Of a stretch of DNA of 64,000 nt, positions 10,969-19,906 are shown piece after piece. A model generated the notes under the pieces. The model saw nothing but the letters and a program-made list of their open reading frames with translations, was not told where the DNA came from and did no database searches. Where the stretch lies: the NCBI GenBank assembly GCA_963755715.1, contig CAVWLW010000027.1:128001-192000 (forward strand), read 5' to 3'. This DNA is from an uncultured delta proteobacterium. GTDB taxonomy: Bacteria; Desulfobacterota; Binatia; UBA9968. A program made the position numbers and the translations under genes. Position 1 is the first letter of the stretch. Every line of letters starts with the position of its first letter.

Positions 10969-12453
10969 ATGGCCACCGCACCTCGAGGTTCGTTTTCCAA
11001 TGCCAACCGCCACATGCAGGAGGAAGAAAAGCTTCAGCTCACCAGCGTCGGTGTCGACATCGGCTCTTCAACATCGCACCTGGTTTTTTCCCGGCTGGAA
11101 CTGACCCTCGAAGGTTCGCGTTATCGCGTCACCAAACGCGATGTCTTGAACGAATCGCAGATCCTGCTGACGCCTTATGTCGACGATACGAGAATCGACG
11201 TGGAAGCGCTGGAAACTTTTATCAACGAACAGTACAAGACCGCCAAGATCCGGCGTGAGGATGTCGACACCGGCGCGCTCATTCTCACCGGCGTCGCCGT
11301 GCGCCGGCGCAATGCTCGCGCCATCGCCGACCTCTTCGCTGAGGAGGCGGGCAAATTCGTGGCGGTAAGCGCAGGCGACGGTTTGGAGGCCACGATGGCG
11401 GCTCACGGCTCGGGCGCGGTGGCGCACTCAGAAAAAATGGGCGGCGTCGTCCTGAACATCGATGTCGGCGGCGGCACCAGCAAGTTTGCAATCTGTAATA
11501 ACGGCAAGGTTCAGGAAGTTTCCGCCATCGACGTAGGCGCACGCCTGCTCGCCTTCGACAAAGACGGCGCCATCGTGCGTATCGAGGAAGCCGGCCGCAA
11601 GCATGCCGGCTGGGCCGGATTTTCAGTGGCGCTCGGCGAAAAAATCGCCGAAGCAAACCTGCGCAAAATGGTCTCGGGCATGGTAGATAAACTATTTGCC
11701 ATGTTGAAGCCGCAATCCATCACCGAAGATATTAAAGAGCTTCTGCGCCTGTCGCCGCTGACCTACAAAGGGGAAATCGATTGCGTAATGTTTTCCGGCG
11801 GCGTGTCGGAGTTCATCTACAATCGCACCAAGACCAGTTTCGGCGATCTCGGACCATGGATCGCAGAAGAGGTGCACAAGCGCACGGGCGATTTGGGACT
11901 CCTCGTCATGGAACCCAACGCGCGAATTCGCGCCACGGTCATAGGCGCCTCGCAATATACCGTGCAGGTGAGCGGCAACACAGTCTTCATTTCGCCGGAA
12001 GACGCCGTTCCCGTGCGCAACGTCGCGGTCGTCGCGCCGGAGTTTCCGTTAAACGAAGATGATTTCACCAAAGATGCGGTCCGCGACGCGCTGCTAAATG
12101 CGTTACGACGCTTGGACTTACTACATGGACGCCAACCCGTAGCCGTTGCGTTTCATTGGGACGGCTCAGCGACATTCTCCCGTTTGCAGTCTTTCTGCAG
12201 TGGCGTCGCCGAAGGACTCAAAGATATCTTCGTCAAAGGCCACCCGCTAGTTTTGGTGAACGACGGCGACATCGGCGGTATTGTTGGATTACATTTTCAA
12301 GAAGAACTGCAGATGCAGACCCCGATCATCTCCATCGATGGCATCGCCCTCAGCGATTTCGACTACATCGACATCGGCGCGCTGATTCAATCGTCCGGCG
12401 CAGTGCCGGTCGTGATCAAATCCCTGATCTTTCCAGCTTCACCGCAACAATAA
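10969..12453 (+). CDS. eutA: EutA-family (ethanolamine ammonia-lyase reactivase-like) ASKHA ATPase
   Basis: SVGVDIGSSTSHLVFS, TGALILTG...RRNA, AGDGLEATMAAHGSGA, VLNIDVGGGTS, FSGGVSE, IRATVIGA and DYIDIG...VPVVIKSLIF match EutA signatures. Confidence 0.88.
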   Translation: MATAPRGSFSNANRHMQEEEKLQLTSVGVDIGSSTSHLVFSRLELTLEGSRYRVTKRDVLNESQILLTPYVDDTRIDVEALETFINEQYKTAKIRREDVDTGALILTGVAVRRRNARAIADLFAEEAGKFVAVSAGDGLEATMAAHGSGAVAHSEKMGGVVLNIDVGGGTSKFAICNNGKVQEVSAIDVGARLLAFDKDGAIVRIEEAGRKHAGWAGFSVALGEKIAEANLRKMVSGMVDKLFAMLKPQSITEDIKELLRLSPLTYKGEIDCVMFSGGVSEFIYNRTKTSFGDLGPWIAEEVHKRTGDLGLLVMEPNARIRATVIGASQYTVQVSGNTVFISPEDAVPVRNVAVVAPEFPLNEDDFTKDAVRDALLNALRRLDLLHGRQPVAVAFHWDGSATFSRLQSFCSGVAEGLKDIFVKGHPLVLVNDGDIGGIVGLHFQEELQMQTPIISIDGIALSDFDYIDIGALIQSSGAVPVVIKSLIFPASPQQ

Positions 12454-12487
12454 AAAGGCCGGGAAAGGTGACTCCTTCCCGGCTTTC
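12454..12487. terminator. Probable bidirectional intrinsic terminator
   Basis: aaaagGCCGGGAAAGG-tgact-CCTTCCCGGCtttc between convergent genes. Confidence 0.7.
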
Positions 12488-12521
12488 AATGGCTTGAACG
12501 ATTTGCACCCGATGGAGTTTT

Positions 12522-13604
12522 TTAAACCCTAAAAAATCTTTTAGCATTCCCGCCCAACACCGCGGCTTTTTCTGAGTGCGTCAAATCCGGACGTTCCACG
12601 GTGTCGTGAATCATCTGCTTCGCCGCCACTAAATCGACTTCATGCGGATAGTCCGAAGCGTAGGAAAAAGCGTCGGCACCACATTGCTTGATCACGTACG
12701 GCAAAATCCATTCGTTGCCTTCGCAACCGACGAGCACCTGGCCACTGGCAAGATAGTCGTTGAGACTGCGCGAATGGCCAGTGCTGGTCGTGTAGACATT
12801 GTCGTCGCGATCCATGCGGTCCTTGAGCAGCAGAAGCCATGCGCAACCGCCTTCGAAGAACCCGATGTGCAAATCTCGATAGCGATCGAGCACGCCGTGA
12901 TAAACCAGCGACACGAATTCCAAAGCCAGCGGCACCGGATGACGCAACACCCGAGCGGCCCAGGGATCCGTAAAAGTATCGGCGCCGAGCCCGACGCTCG
13001 AGCCACCGTGAATTCCGAGAGCGCAGCCGAGACTGGCAGCTTCTTCATAGACCGGCCAGTAATAATCGTGGCCGAGATGCAGTGGCAAACCCCGCGACGG
13101 CAACATCGCGCCGGGAAGTTTTAGATCCAACACCAAGCGCCGCAGTTCTTTCACTGCTTCTTTGACGTCCTGCATGGCGATCAAACCCATCGGATGGAGC
13201 CGCGGATCGACCTTGCGGTAGCGTTCTGAAATATAATCGTTGAAGGCATGGCACACGCGTGTGGCGTAGTCGGCTTGCTGGAAGAAGCCTACCGAGAGTC
13301 CTTCGGATGGAAATAGCACGGCTTCCGAAACTCCCGCCTTTTCTAAGAAGGCGACCCAGTCCTCGCCCGAGCCTTTGCGATAGTTACTGGCATCGATCCG
13401 CGGCCGGCGTGGAGCTTCGACCTCGCCCGACTTGCGCACGTTGCGCGGGTAGTGAATATCATCGAGACTAGCGAAAACTCCCTGACGATTGCGCGACGGC
13501 GTCAGCGCCACGTCACGGTCGACGGGATCGAGAAACGGCGCCATCTCGGGGATCGATTCAATAATATGACCATCACAATCGAAGACGCTAATCGGGTCTG
13601 CCAT
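12522..13604 (-). CDS. Amidohydrolase_2 family protein
   Basis: FDCDGH, GIHGG, FFEGGCAW, YASDYPH and LGGNAKRFF. GGAGG RBS upstream. Confidence 0.85.
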   Translation of the reverse strand: MADPISVFDCDGHIIESIPEMAPFLDPVDRDVALTPSRNRQGVFASLDDIHYPRNVRKSGEVEAPRRPRIDASNYRKGSGEDWVAFLEKAGVSEAVLFPSEGLSVGFFQQADYATRVCHAFNDYISERYRKVDPRLHPMGLIAMQDVKEAVKELRRLVLDLKLPGAMLPSRGLPLHLGHDYYWPVYEEAASLGCALGIHGGSSVGLGADTFTDPWAARVLRHPVPLALEFVSLVYHGVLDRYRDLHIGFFEGGCAWLLLLKDRMDRDDNVYTTSTGHSRSLNDYLASGQVLVGCEGNEWILPYVIKQCGADAFSYASDYPHEVDLVAAKQMIHDTVERPDLTHSEKAAVLGGNAKRFFRV

Positions 13605-13913
13605 GTTACCTTCCTCCAAGATTTTTTTGTCTCCGCCAAGGATAAAATTTTTAGCACAAACCGACGGCGACAAAAAAGAGAGGCGATCGCTACTCGGATC
13701 GCGAAATGCTCGGCGGAAGCGAGCGGCCTACTGTTTTCTGAACGTCAACCTCAGCGCGTCGCGACGCTAGTCAAAATTGATTTTCGAAGGAGGCTTAAGA
13801 CCCATTCTTAGCCAATGAGAGACAATCTTTGACAAGAAATGACGGCGTCCAGCGCGAGCGGCGCAGTTTGGCGGCAAATGTTCAAATTCTTGATGAAACA
13901 GCGCTCATGCGGC

Positions 13914-13942
13914 TTGACTTTCTGGGCTGTTACGCTTAAAAC
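13914..13942 (+). promoter_or_regulatory. Putative sigma70 promoter
   Basis: TTGACT-17 nt-TAAAAC, ending 23 nt before ATG 13966. Confidence 0.35.
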
Positions 13943-13965
13943 GCGCCAAGATTGAGCACTTCACG

Positions 13966-14802
13966 ATGTCGAAGTACCGAGCGCGCCACTGCCCGAACTG
14001 CAATTATTTTGTCGGCTTCACCGTCGCGAGAAAGCATATCAAAGGCCGCCCGATCTCCATTACTAATTTTTGTTTGAATTGCAACTATAAGCTGCCGGTG
14101 TATAGTATTGTTCGCGGGATTCGAACGCCGACCCGGGTCTCGCGCCGAACCACGCTGCGTTTGGTGCGCGGCAAACCGGAATTGTCTGGGCTCGATTTTG
14201 TCGGCCGAAATCGGAACCATGCGATGGACGTAAGAATCAGCCCCGCGGATTATGCCCGCCATTTACGGGCCATCGGACAGGACTTAGAGAATCTCCATCT
14301 TACAACGTTCAACTTGGAATACGTCGGCGATGCCTATCTGGTCTGGGTGCGAGCGGACGAGCAGACTGAAAACAACAACCCACTTTTTCGGATCAGCAAG
14401 AATCGCCTGCAGAAGCTGTGGCGCAACAAAATGCCGCCGCGCACGCTTGGCCACGAAGAACCGTCCCCTCTTTCCACAACTCAAACCGGCAAACGGTTAC
14501 GCTATGCAATACCGGAATTAGATCGAATCGAAAGAGAGCAACGGGCGCGTCGTCGCCAACAAAGCGGCAATGCCGATGGCCACTGTTTATCGCAATTGCT
14601 CCGAACCGTAGGCGATCTTGTCAGCCAAAGGGGCAACCGCCTGCTGGGCATCGCCTGGCAGGAGCTTTCGGTCAGCGTGGTGATTGAAACGCCGCATGGG
14701 CGCAAAGAAATAGACGTCTTTCGGCCGGATAATTTGTACGATCTCTGGGTGAGGATGTATCTGAAGCGGGATAACCGCGCTTTCCTCGACACGCCGCACT
14801 AA
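13966..14802 (+). CDS. Hypothetical protein with an N-terminal Zn ribbon and an internally duplicated domain
   Basis: CPNC-x24-CLNC. Repeated motif YARHLRAIGQDL / LSQLLRTVGDLV. Confidence 0.7.
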   Translation: MSKYRARHCPNCNYFVGFTVARKHIKGRPISITNFCLNCNYKLPVYSIVRGIRTPTRVSRRTTLRLVRGKPELSGLDFVGRNRNHAMDVRISPADYARHLRAIGQDLENLHLTTFNLEYVGDAYLVWVRADEQTENNNPLFRISKNRLQKLWRNKMPPRTLGHEEPSPLSTTQTGKRLRYAIPELDRIEREQRARRRQQSGNADGHCLSQLLRTVGDLVSQRGNRLLGIAWQELSVSVVIETPHGRKEIDVFRPDNLYDLWVRMYLKRDNRAFLDTPH

Positions 14803-14841
14803 GTTATCGATCCGCCGGCGTGAGCCCGGCGTCTTGAACTC

Positions 14842-16731
14842 TTATCGAGAATCCGCTCCAAAGTTTTCACTGGCCGTCGGCAATAAAAGTTGCTCATGCG
14901 CCGCGGCATTGCCGTGCAAAGGTGCGGGAATTTGAAAAATGAAGGTCGTTCCCTCGCCCACGCGACTGTGGACTTCTATGTTACCGCCTAAGAGGTCGAG
15001 GTATTTCTTGACAATATACAATCCCAGTCCGACGCCGCCGTGCTCCATTCCGGTGTGCCTTTCGCCTTGTCGGAACTTTTCGAAGATTTTGGGAATATTC
15101 TCCTCGGGAATGCCTACGCCGGTATCGCTGATCTTGAACTCGAGGCGCTGTTTCCCCGCTAGATAGCGCACCGCGATCATCACTGTGCCCTGCTGGGTAA
15201 ATTTGAGCGCGTTGCCGACCAAGTTTTCCAGCATGCGTCTGAGCTTGGCCCGGTCCCCTTCTACCGAGGGCAGATCGGCCGGATAGTTCCAGACCAACTT
15301 CACCCCTGTCGCGAGCGGATAGTCGTAAAATGTTCTTAGTTCCGAGCAAAACTCCCATAGATTAATCTCATGAAGCTCGACGTGCAGCTTCTCCGCCTCC
15401 ATGCTGCTCACCTGGAGTACGGTGTTGATCAAGCCATGCAGCTCTTTGGACTGGCGCGCGACAGTTTCGATCGCCTTTTCTTGAATGGGCGTGATTTCAC
15501 CCAACAGCCCTTCCAAAAACATTTCCGAGTATCCGGTAATCACGTTTAATGGTGTCTTGAGCTGGGTCGAGACGACTTTCAAAAATTCGTCCTTGATCTT
15601 GTGCGCGTCGGTCAGCTCTTCGGATTGGCGCTGGCTGCGGTCGTAAAGCTCGGAATGATGGATTGCAATGGCCGCTTGGCCGGCGAGAGTCGATATAAAA
15701 TCAATTTCTTCCGGGTTAAACTCGTGCTCTTCTCGGGTTAGAAACAGCAAGCACCCAAGGACTTCATTGTTGGCAACGAGCGGAACACAGAGAAAAGAAA
15801 CTAGTCCCTCCCCCTCGAAGAAAGCGAGATTTGACACCTGCCGATCGGTAAAAACGTTTCGAACTTTCAGCGGAGCGGGATCGTCGAGGACACGGTCCGT
15901 GAAGGCCAGGGAATCCTTCCCGTTGCTCAGAGTCTTACTTTTAAATCCTCGCGCCGCGGTAGTTTCGAGCACGCCGGCGTGTCTGAGTCTGATAACTGCG
16001 GCGGCATAAGGCAGATGAATGAGCGCGGTCTCCAAGAAAGCCGAGAGTATATCAGCTTTGTCGATGGTCGAGGCAACCGACATATTGACTTGGTGCAGCA
16101 CTTCCAACCGTTCGCGCTGGCGGCGAATCTCCTCGGCGGCCTTTTGTTGCCTTGTTATTTGCTCTTCTTTGTCGCGCGCGGTACGGCGTATTCGCTCGAC
16201 TTGGGCGAAATAACCATAGAACAAAGAGATCACGAAGGGAAAAGGCAAACGCAAATAGACGTTCGGATCTAAATATGCGGCGCTGTTGAAAACAAAATAG
16301 GCGTAGGCGAGCGGCGCTAAGATCGTCACCATTAGCAAGCCACGAGCATCGTTGCAGATGACGCTCAGGACCACAGTCAGCAAACAAGCGATGTAAAAGT
16401 CCGGACTTGCCGCGCCGCTGGTGCTCAGAACCACGCCGAGGACGATGGTATCGAAAAGCAGAAGGGGGGCGTAAAAATAGGGCGAATCAAACAGATCGTC
16501 GGCCAAAAAATACAGAGTCGAGTGGCTGAGCAGGTAGAGAATCAGAACCGCCTGTATCTGAGTGGCCGTCAGCCATTCGCTCGGCGAATAGTAAAGCAGA
16601 TACGATGAGAGGATCACTAACGGCCAACGCAGGCGAATAACCGTATCCTTTTTCGCAACATCAAAAAACCGGTCCAAACTGCGCAGAGGCCGATCAGTCA
16701 ATGACGATTCAATGGTTGAGGTTTTTTCCAC
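14842..16731 (-). CDS. Membrane-bound GAF-HisKA-HATPase sensor whose H-box lacks His (pseudokinase candidate)
   Basis: Several N-terminal TM helices. GAF domain (SFLCVPLVANNEVLG...LAGQAAIAI). H-box reads FLKVVSTQLKTPL. N, G1, F and G2 boxes are intact (ENLVGNALKFT, DTGVGIP, IFEKF, GVGLGL). Confidence 0.88.
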   Translation of the reverse strand: MEKTSTIESSLTDRPLRSLDRFFDVAKKDTVIRLRWPLVILSSYLLYYSPSEWLTATQIQAVLILYLLSHSTLYFLADDLFDSPYFYAPLLLFDTIVLGVVLSTSGAASPDFYIACLLTVVLSVICNDARGLLMVTILAPLAYAYFVFNSAAYLDPNVYLRLPFPFVISLFYGYFAQVERIRRTARDKEEQITRQQKAAEEIRRQRERLEVLHQVNMSVASTIDKADILSAFLETALIHLPYAAAVIRLRHAGVLETTAARGFKSKTLSNGKDSLAFTDRVLDDPAPLKVRNVFTDRQVSNLAFFEGEGLVSFLCVPLVANNEVLGCLLFLTREEHEFNPEEIDFISTLAGQAAIAIHHSELYDRSQRQSEELTDAHKIKDEFLKVVSTQLKTPLNVITGYSEMFLEGLLGEITPIQEKAIETVARQSKELHGLINTVLQVSSMEAEKLHVELHEINLWEFCSELRTFYDYPLATGVKLVWNYPADLPSVEGDRAKLRRMLENLVGNALKFTQQGTVMIAVRYLAGKQRLEFKISDTGVGIPEENIPKIFEKFRQGERHTGMEHGGVGLGLYIVKKYLDLLGGNIEVHSRVGEGTTFIFQIPAPLHGNAAAHEQLLLPTASENFGADSR

Positions 16732-16764
16732 AAATTACAATCCGCTATTTTTTCAATGAATTAG

Positions 16765-16780
16765 TGCATATAACATGCCA
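16765..16780 (-). promoter_or_regulatory. Sigma54 (-24/-12) promoter upstream of the sensor gene
   Basis: Minus strand TGGCATGTTATATGCA has the exact GG-N10-GC spacing of TGGCACG-N4-TTGC and lies about 34 nt upstream of the GTG start. Confidence 0.6.
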
Positions 16781-16993
16781 GAGGCTCGCTAAAATCGCCT
16801 GTTGTCACCAGGCAATTTTTTCAAATAATTTAGATAGTTGTCTGCGCGCAAACGAAGACTGAAGGAGGTTTCCGGCTGGCCGCGGTACAAATCACCTCAG
16901 CGCAGCACAATTTTGTCGCTAGGTTTACTTTGTTGCGCGCTTAATGGAAGTGACAAGAATAAATGGGAAGAGACGAGGGAACTTTACTCGGAT

Positions 16994-17473
16994 CTATCGC
17001 GCAGAGTCTGCTATTCGTGTTTGTGCGAGCCGCACCGCGCGCAAAATATCCGCATAGCCGGCGCAGCGGCACAGGTTCCCGGACAGATACTCGCGGATTT
17101 CGTCGTCTGACGGATGTGGTTTTTCATCTAGGAACGCCTTTATGGAGAGTATAAACCCGGGTGTGCAGTAAGCGCATTGCAAGGCGCGCTCCTCGACGAA
17201 GGCTTCTTGAATGCAATGAAGTGAGCTCCCATCACCGAGACCTTCCAGTGTCGTAATCGCATGGTCCGCGGCGCGAACCGCAAGCAAGAAGCAGGAGCTG
17301 ACCGGCTTGCCGTCCAACAGCACCGTGCAACTCCCGCAAGCGCCCACTCCACAGCTCTCGCGCACGCTCCAGAGTTTTAGTCGATCGCGCAAGACTTCGA
17401 GAAGCGTATCGGCGTCGTCGACCGTCAATGTCTCCCGCCGCAGGTTCACTGTAACGACAATCTCTCGCTTCAT
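16994..17473 (-). CDS. Xanthine/CO dehydrogenase family small subunit with two [2Fe-2S] clusters (CoxS/CutS-like)
   Basis: CGVGACGSC...SSC and QCAYCTPG...GNLCRC. Confidence 0.92.
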   Translation of the reverse strand: MKREIVVTVNLRRETLTVDDADTLLEVLRDRLKLWSVRESCGVGACGSCTVLLDGKPVSSCFLLAVRAADHAITTLEGLGDGSSLHCIQEAFVEERALQCAYCTPGFILSIKAFLDEKPHPSDDEIREYLSGNLCRCAGYADILRAVRLAQTRIADSAR

Positions 17474-17591
17474 AGCACTCGGTTCTTTGTATTCATGATT
17501 ATCGCCGCTTCCCGACGCCCGCGCTTGGCCTCCGACGAGTTATATAAAGTCGCGGCTACATTCGTTTTAACGACTCAAGCCACCAATTCGC

Positions 17592-18455
17592 TCAACTGAA
17601 AGCGCTGTTCAATTGATCGATTGCCTTTTTTACAAACAATCGTGCCATTCGGCGCTTGTACCATTCCGAGCCGCGCAGATCGGCGAACGGCGATATTTGC
17701 TGCTCGACTTTTTCGAGTAGCTTCTCAGTCAGAGCGTCGTCGAGACTCTGGTCATTGGCGAAGTCCAGCCCGTCAATTAACACCGGTGTCGACGCCACGC
17801 CGCCGAGAGCGATCCGCACCTCTTGGCAGCGCCCGTTTTCTTTCCTTAAAAACGCGGCCACGCCCAAGCACGGCCAGTCATTGGCCGACAACGCGGTATA
17901 GCGCAAGTAAACCGCTCGACTATTCGGCGGCATAAAGGGAACCCTGACATCGACCAAGAGTTCGGCCGGTTCCAGGGCCGTTTCATAGATGCCGCGGAAA
18001 AAATTCTTGAGCGGAATCACCCGCGAACCTTTTGGACCGAATGCTTGGACTTCCGCGCCGAGCACCAGAAGGGCCGGGGGTGGGTCGAGACGATAATCGC
18101 CATGGGCGAGATTGCCGCCCACCGACGCCGTCTGCCGCACTCGCACATTGCCGATTTGGCAAAACGCATCAGCGACTACCGGAAGCGCCTCGCGAATCAG
18201 GGTGGAGCATTCGACCGTGCGATGTGTCGCCAGAGCGCCAATGCGCACTCCGTCCGGCTCCCGCTTGATCTCGTTTAGGCCGGGTATCGTTTGTAGATCG
18301 ACGAGGTAGGGATAATAAAGCGCGCGCTGCTTCATCAAGATGACCAGTGTCGTGCCACCGCCCAGAGCGCGGGCATTATCACCATGCTTGGCGAGCATCT
18401 CGACCGCCTCGGATAAAGAGCGCGGCCGCAAAAGATCGAAGGATCGGATCGTCAT
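17592..18455 (-). CDS. Xanthine/CO dehydrogenase family FAD-binding medium subunit (CoxM/CutM-like)
   Basis: ALGGGTTL, VRQTASVGGNLAH and DLRGSEWYKR. Confidence 0.92.
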   Translation of the reverse strand: MTIRSFDLLRPRSLSEAVEMLAKHGDNARALGGGTTLVILMKQRALYYPYLVDLQTIPGLNEIKREPDGVRIGALATHRTVECSTLIREALPVVADAFCQIGNVRVRQTASVGGNLAHGDYRLDPPPALLVLGAEVQAFGPKGSRVIPLKNFFRGIYETALEPAELLVDVRVPFMPPNSRAVYLRYTALSANDWPCLGVAAFLRKENGRCQEVRIALGGVASTPVLIDGLDFANDQSLDDALTEKLLEKVEQQISPFADLRGSEWYKRRMARLFVKKAIDQLNSAFS

Positions 18456-18628
18456 GACGGATAAGTTCGCACCTAACCTGCTTGATCGAGATAAGTCAAG
18501 TTACCTGGCATGATTTGACTCGGTCCGTCACCGTAATCCGAAAGTCCAAATTCGAAACTCCTGTCCTCGGCAGTTGACAGCCGCAACTAACTTTGAGAAG
18601 AATCCGACTCAATAGGAGGATAACGACC

Positions 18629-19441
18629 ATGTTTACCAGCATTCGACATATCGCCGTGTTGACGGAAAATTGGGACCGCGAAGCCAAGTTTTATCAAACG
18701 ATCTTCGGCATGAAGAAAATTACCAACGGCATGACCGATGAAAAGGGCGAATACAACAAAGACCGCGGCCATTTGAGCGACGGAGTCATCGGCCTCGCCC
18801 TCCTGCAGCGTCAACCCGGTTCTAGATCGGGTCTGGATCATTTCGGCTTTGCCGTGGAAAATGTCCAGACTGTCCGTGATCGCATTAAAGAATCTTACCC
18901 CGAAATCTACATTCACGAGAGCCCAGGCCATGTGCCGTTTGCCGGCTTGCGCGGCCACGACCCGGACGGCAACCAATACGACCTTTCGCAAAAAGGCATG
19001 GCCAACGTGCGCGAAGGCTACGTCGAATTCGGCTGGGAACAGCCGCGCTGGATCAATCACGTCTGCATCCGCAGCGGCCGCCCGGCGCATATCGCCGAGT
19101 TCTATCAGAAAGTTTTCGATTTGCAGCCCGTCGAGGGAATGTCCGGCGACAACAGCTACTATCTTACCGACGGTAAAGTGAATCTTGCGATCCGTCCTTG
19201 GGACATGATCCAATACCGCGGCCACATGGCGGGCCTAGATCACTTCGGTTTCAAGGTCGACGATTTAGCACAAACGAAAAAGGATCTTGACGCCCTGGCT
19301 GCCTCCTCGCCCGCTTCCGCGCCGAGAAAAATCGCCATCGGCCGCGAGGGCGAAACGCGCCAGAAAAACCTCGAAGGCTGCAAGCTGTGCAAGCAAAGTC
19401 TCGCCGATCCGGACGGCGTGCTGCTGGATTTGACGGACTGA
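18629..19441 (+). CDS. VOC/glyoxalase family protein with two domains
   Basis: IRHIAV, GLDHFGFAV, HDPDGNQYDL, INHVCI, GLDHFGFKV and ADPDGVLLDL. AGGAGG RBS. Confidence 0.85.
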   Translation: MFTSIRHIAVLTENWDREAKFYQTIFGMKKITNGMTDEKGEYNKDRGHLSDGVIGLALLQRQPGSRSGLDHFGFAVENVQTVRDRIKESYPEIYIHESPGHVPFAGLRGHDPDGNQYDLSQKGMANVREGYVEFGWEQPRWINHVCIRSGRPAHIAEFYQKVFDLQPVEGMSGDNSYYLTDGKVNLAIRPWDMIQYRGHMAGLDHFGFKVDDLAQTKKDLDALAASSPASAPRKIAIGREGETRQKNLEGCKLCKQSLADPDGVLLDLTD

Positions 19442-19515
19442 GATATCGTGGAGTTGCTAACCGGCGTGGAAGCGTTCAACTTGGCCGAAAGACACAAAGC
19501 TTGGGAGGAGGATTC

Positions 19516-19872
19516 ATGGAGTTTGCCAACATCAATGACACCATGCGCACGGCCAAGGATGAAGAGAAACGATTTATTCCGCTCTTCGGCTCAGAGACGT
19601 TTCGCTCCTGGATACTCTATTTCCGGCCGGGCGAACACACCGACATGCATTTCCATATGTCGCCGGAAACCTTTCTCGTACTCGAGGGCAAAGCGTCGGT
19701 CAAAGGGCTCAAAGGCGAAGACCGGATTTTGGAGAAAAACGAGATCGTATTTTTCGGCGCCAAAGACTATTATCAGATCACCAACGTCGGCACTGAACCG
19801 CTGGTGCTCGTGGGCAACCGTTCCGAGTCTTTCGGCGGTGCCCACGTGACCGCCGAAGAAAAGTCTTCATAG
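19516..19872 (+). CDS. Small cupin protein
   Basis: PGEHTDMHFHMSPETFLVLEG. GGAGGAGG RBS before ATG 19516. Confidence 0.82.
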   Translation: MEFANINDTMRTAKDEEKRFIPLFGSETFRSWILYFRPGEHTDMHFHMSPETFLVLEGKASVKGLKGEDRILEKNEIVFFGAKDYYQITNVGTEPLVLVGNRSESFGGAHVTAEEKSS

Positions 19873-19906
19873 CCTCCGAAAACCGCACGAAGAGCCGCGT
19901 GCCGGA

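Noticed and set aside
16994-18455. Calling this aerobic CO dehydrogenase
   Set aside because: Substrate specificity lies in the large subunit, which is absent. The S and M subunits are generic to the family.
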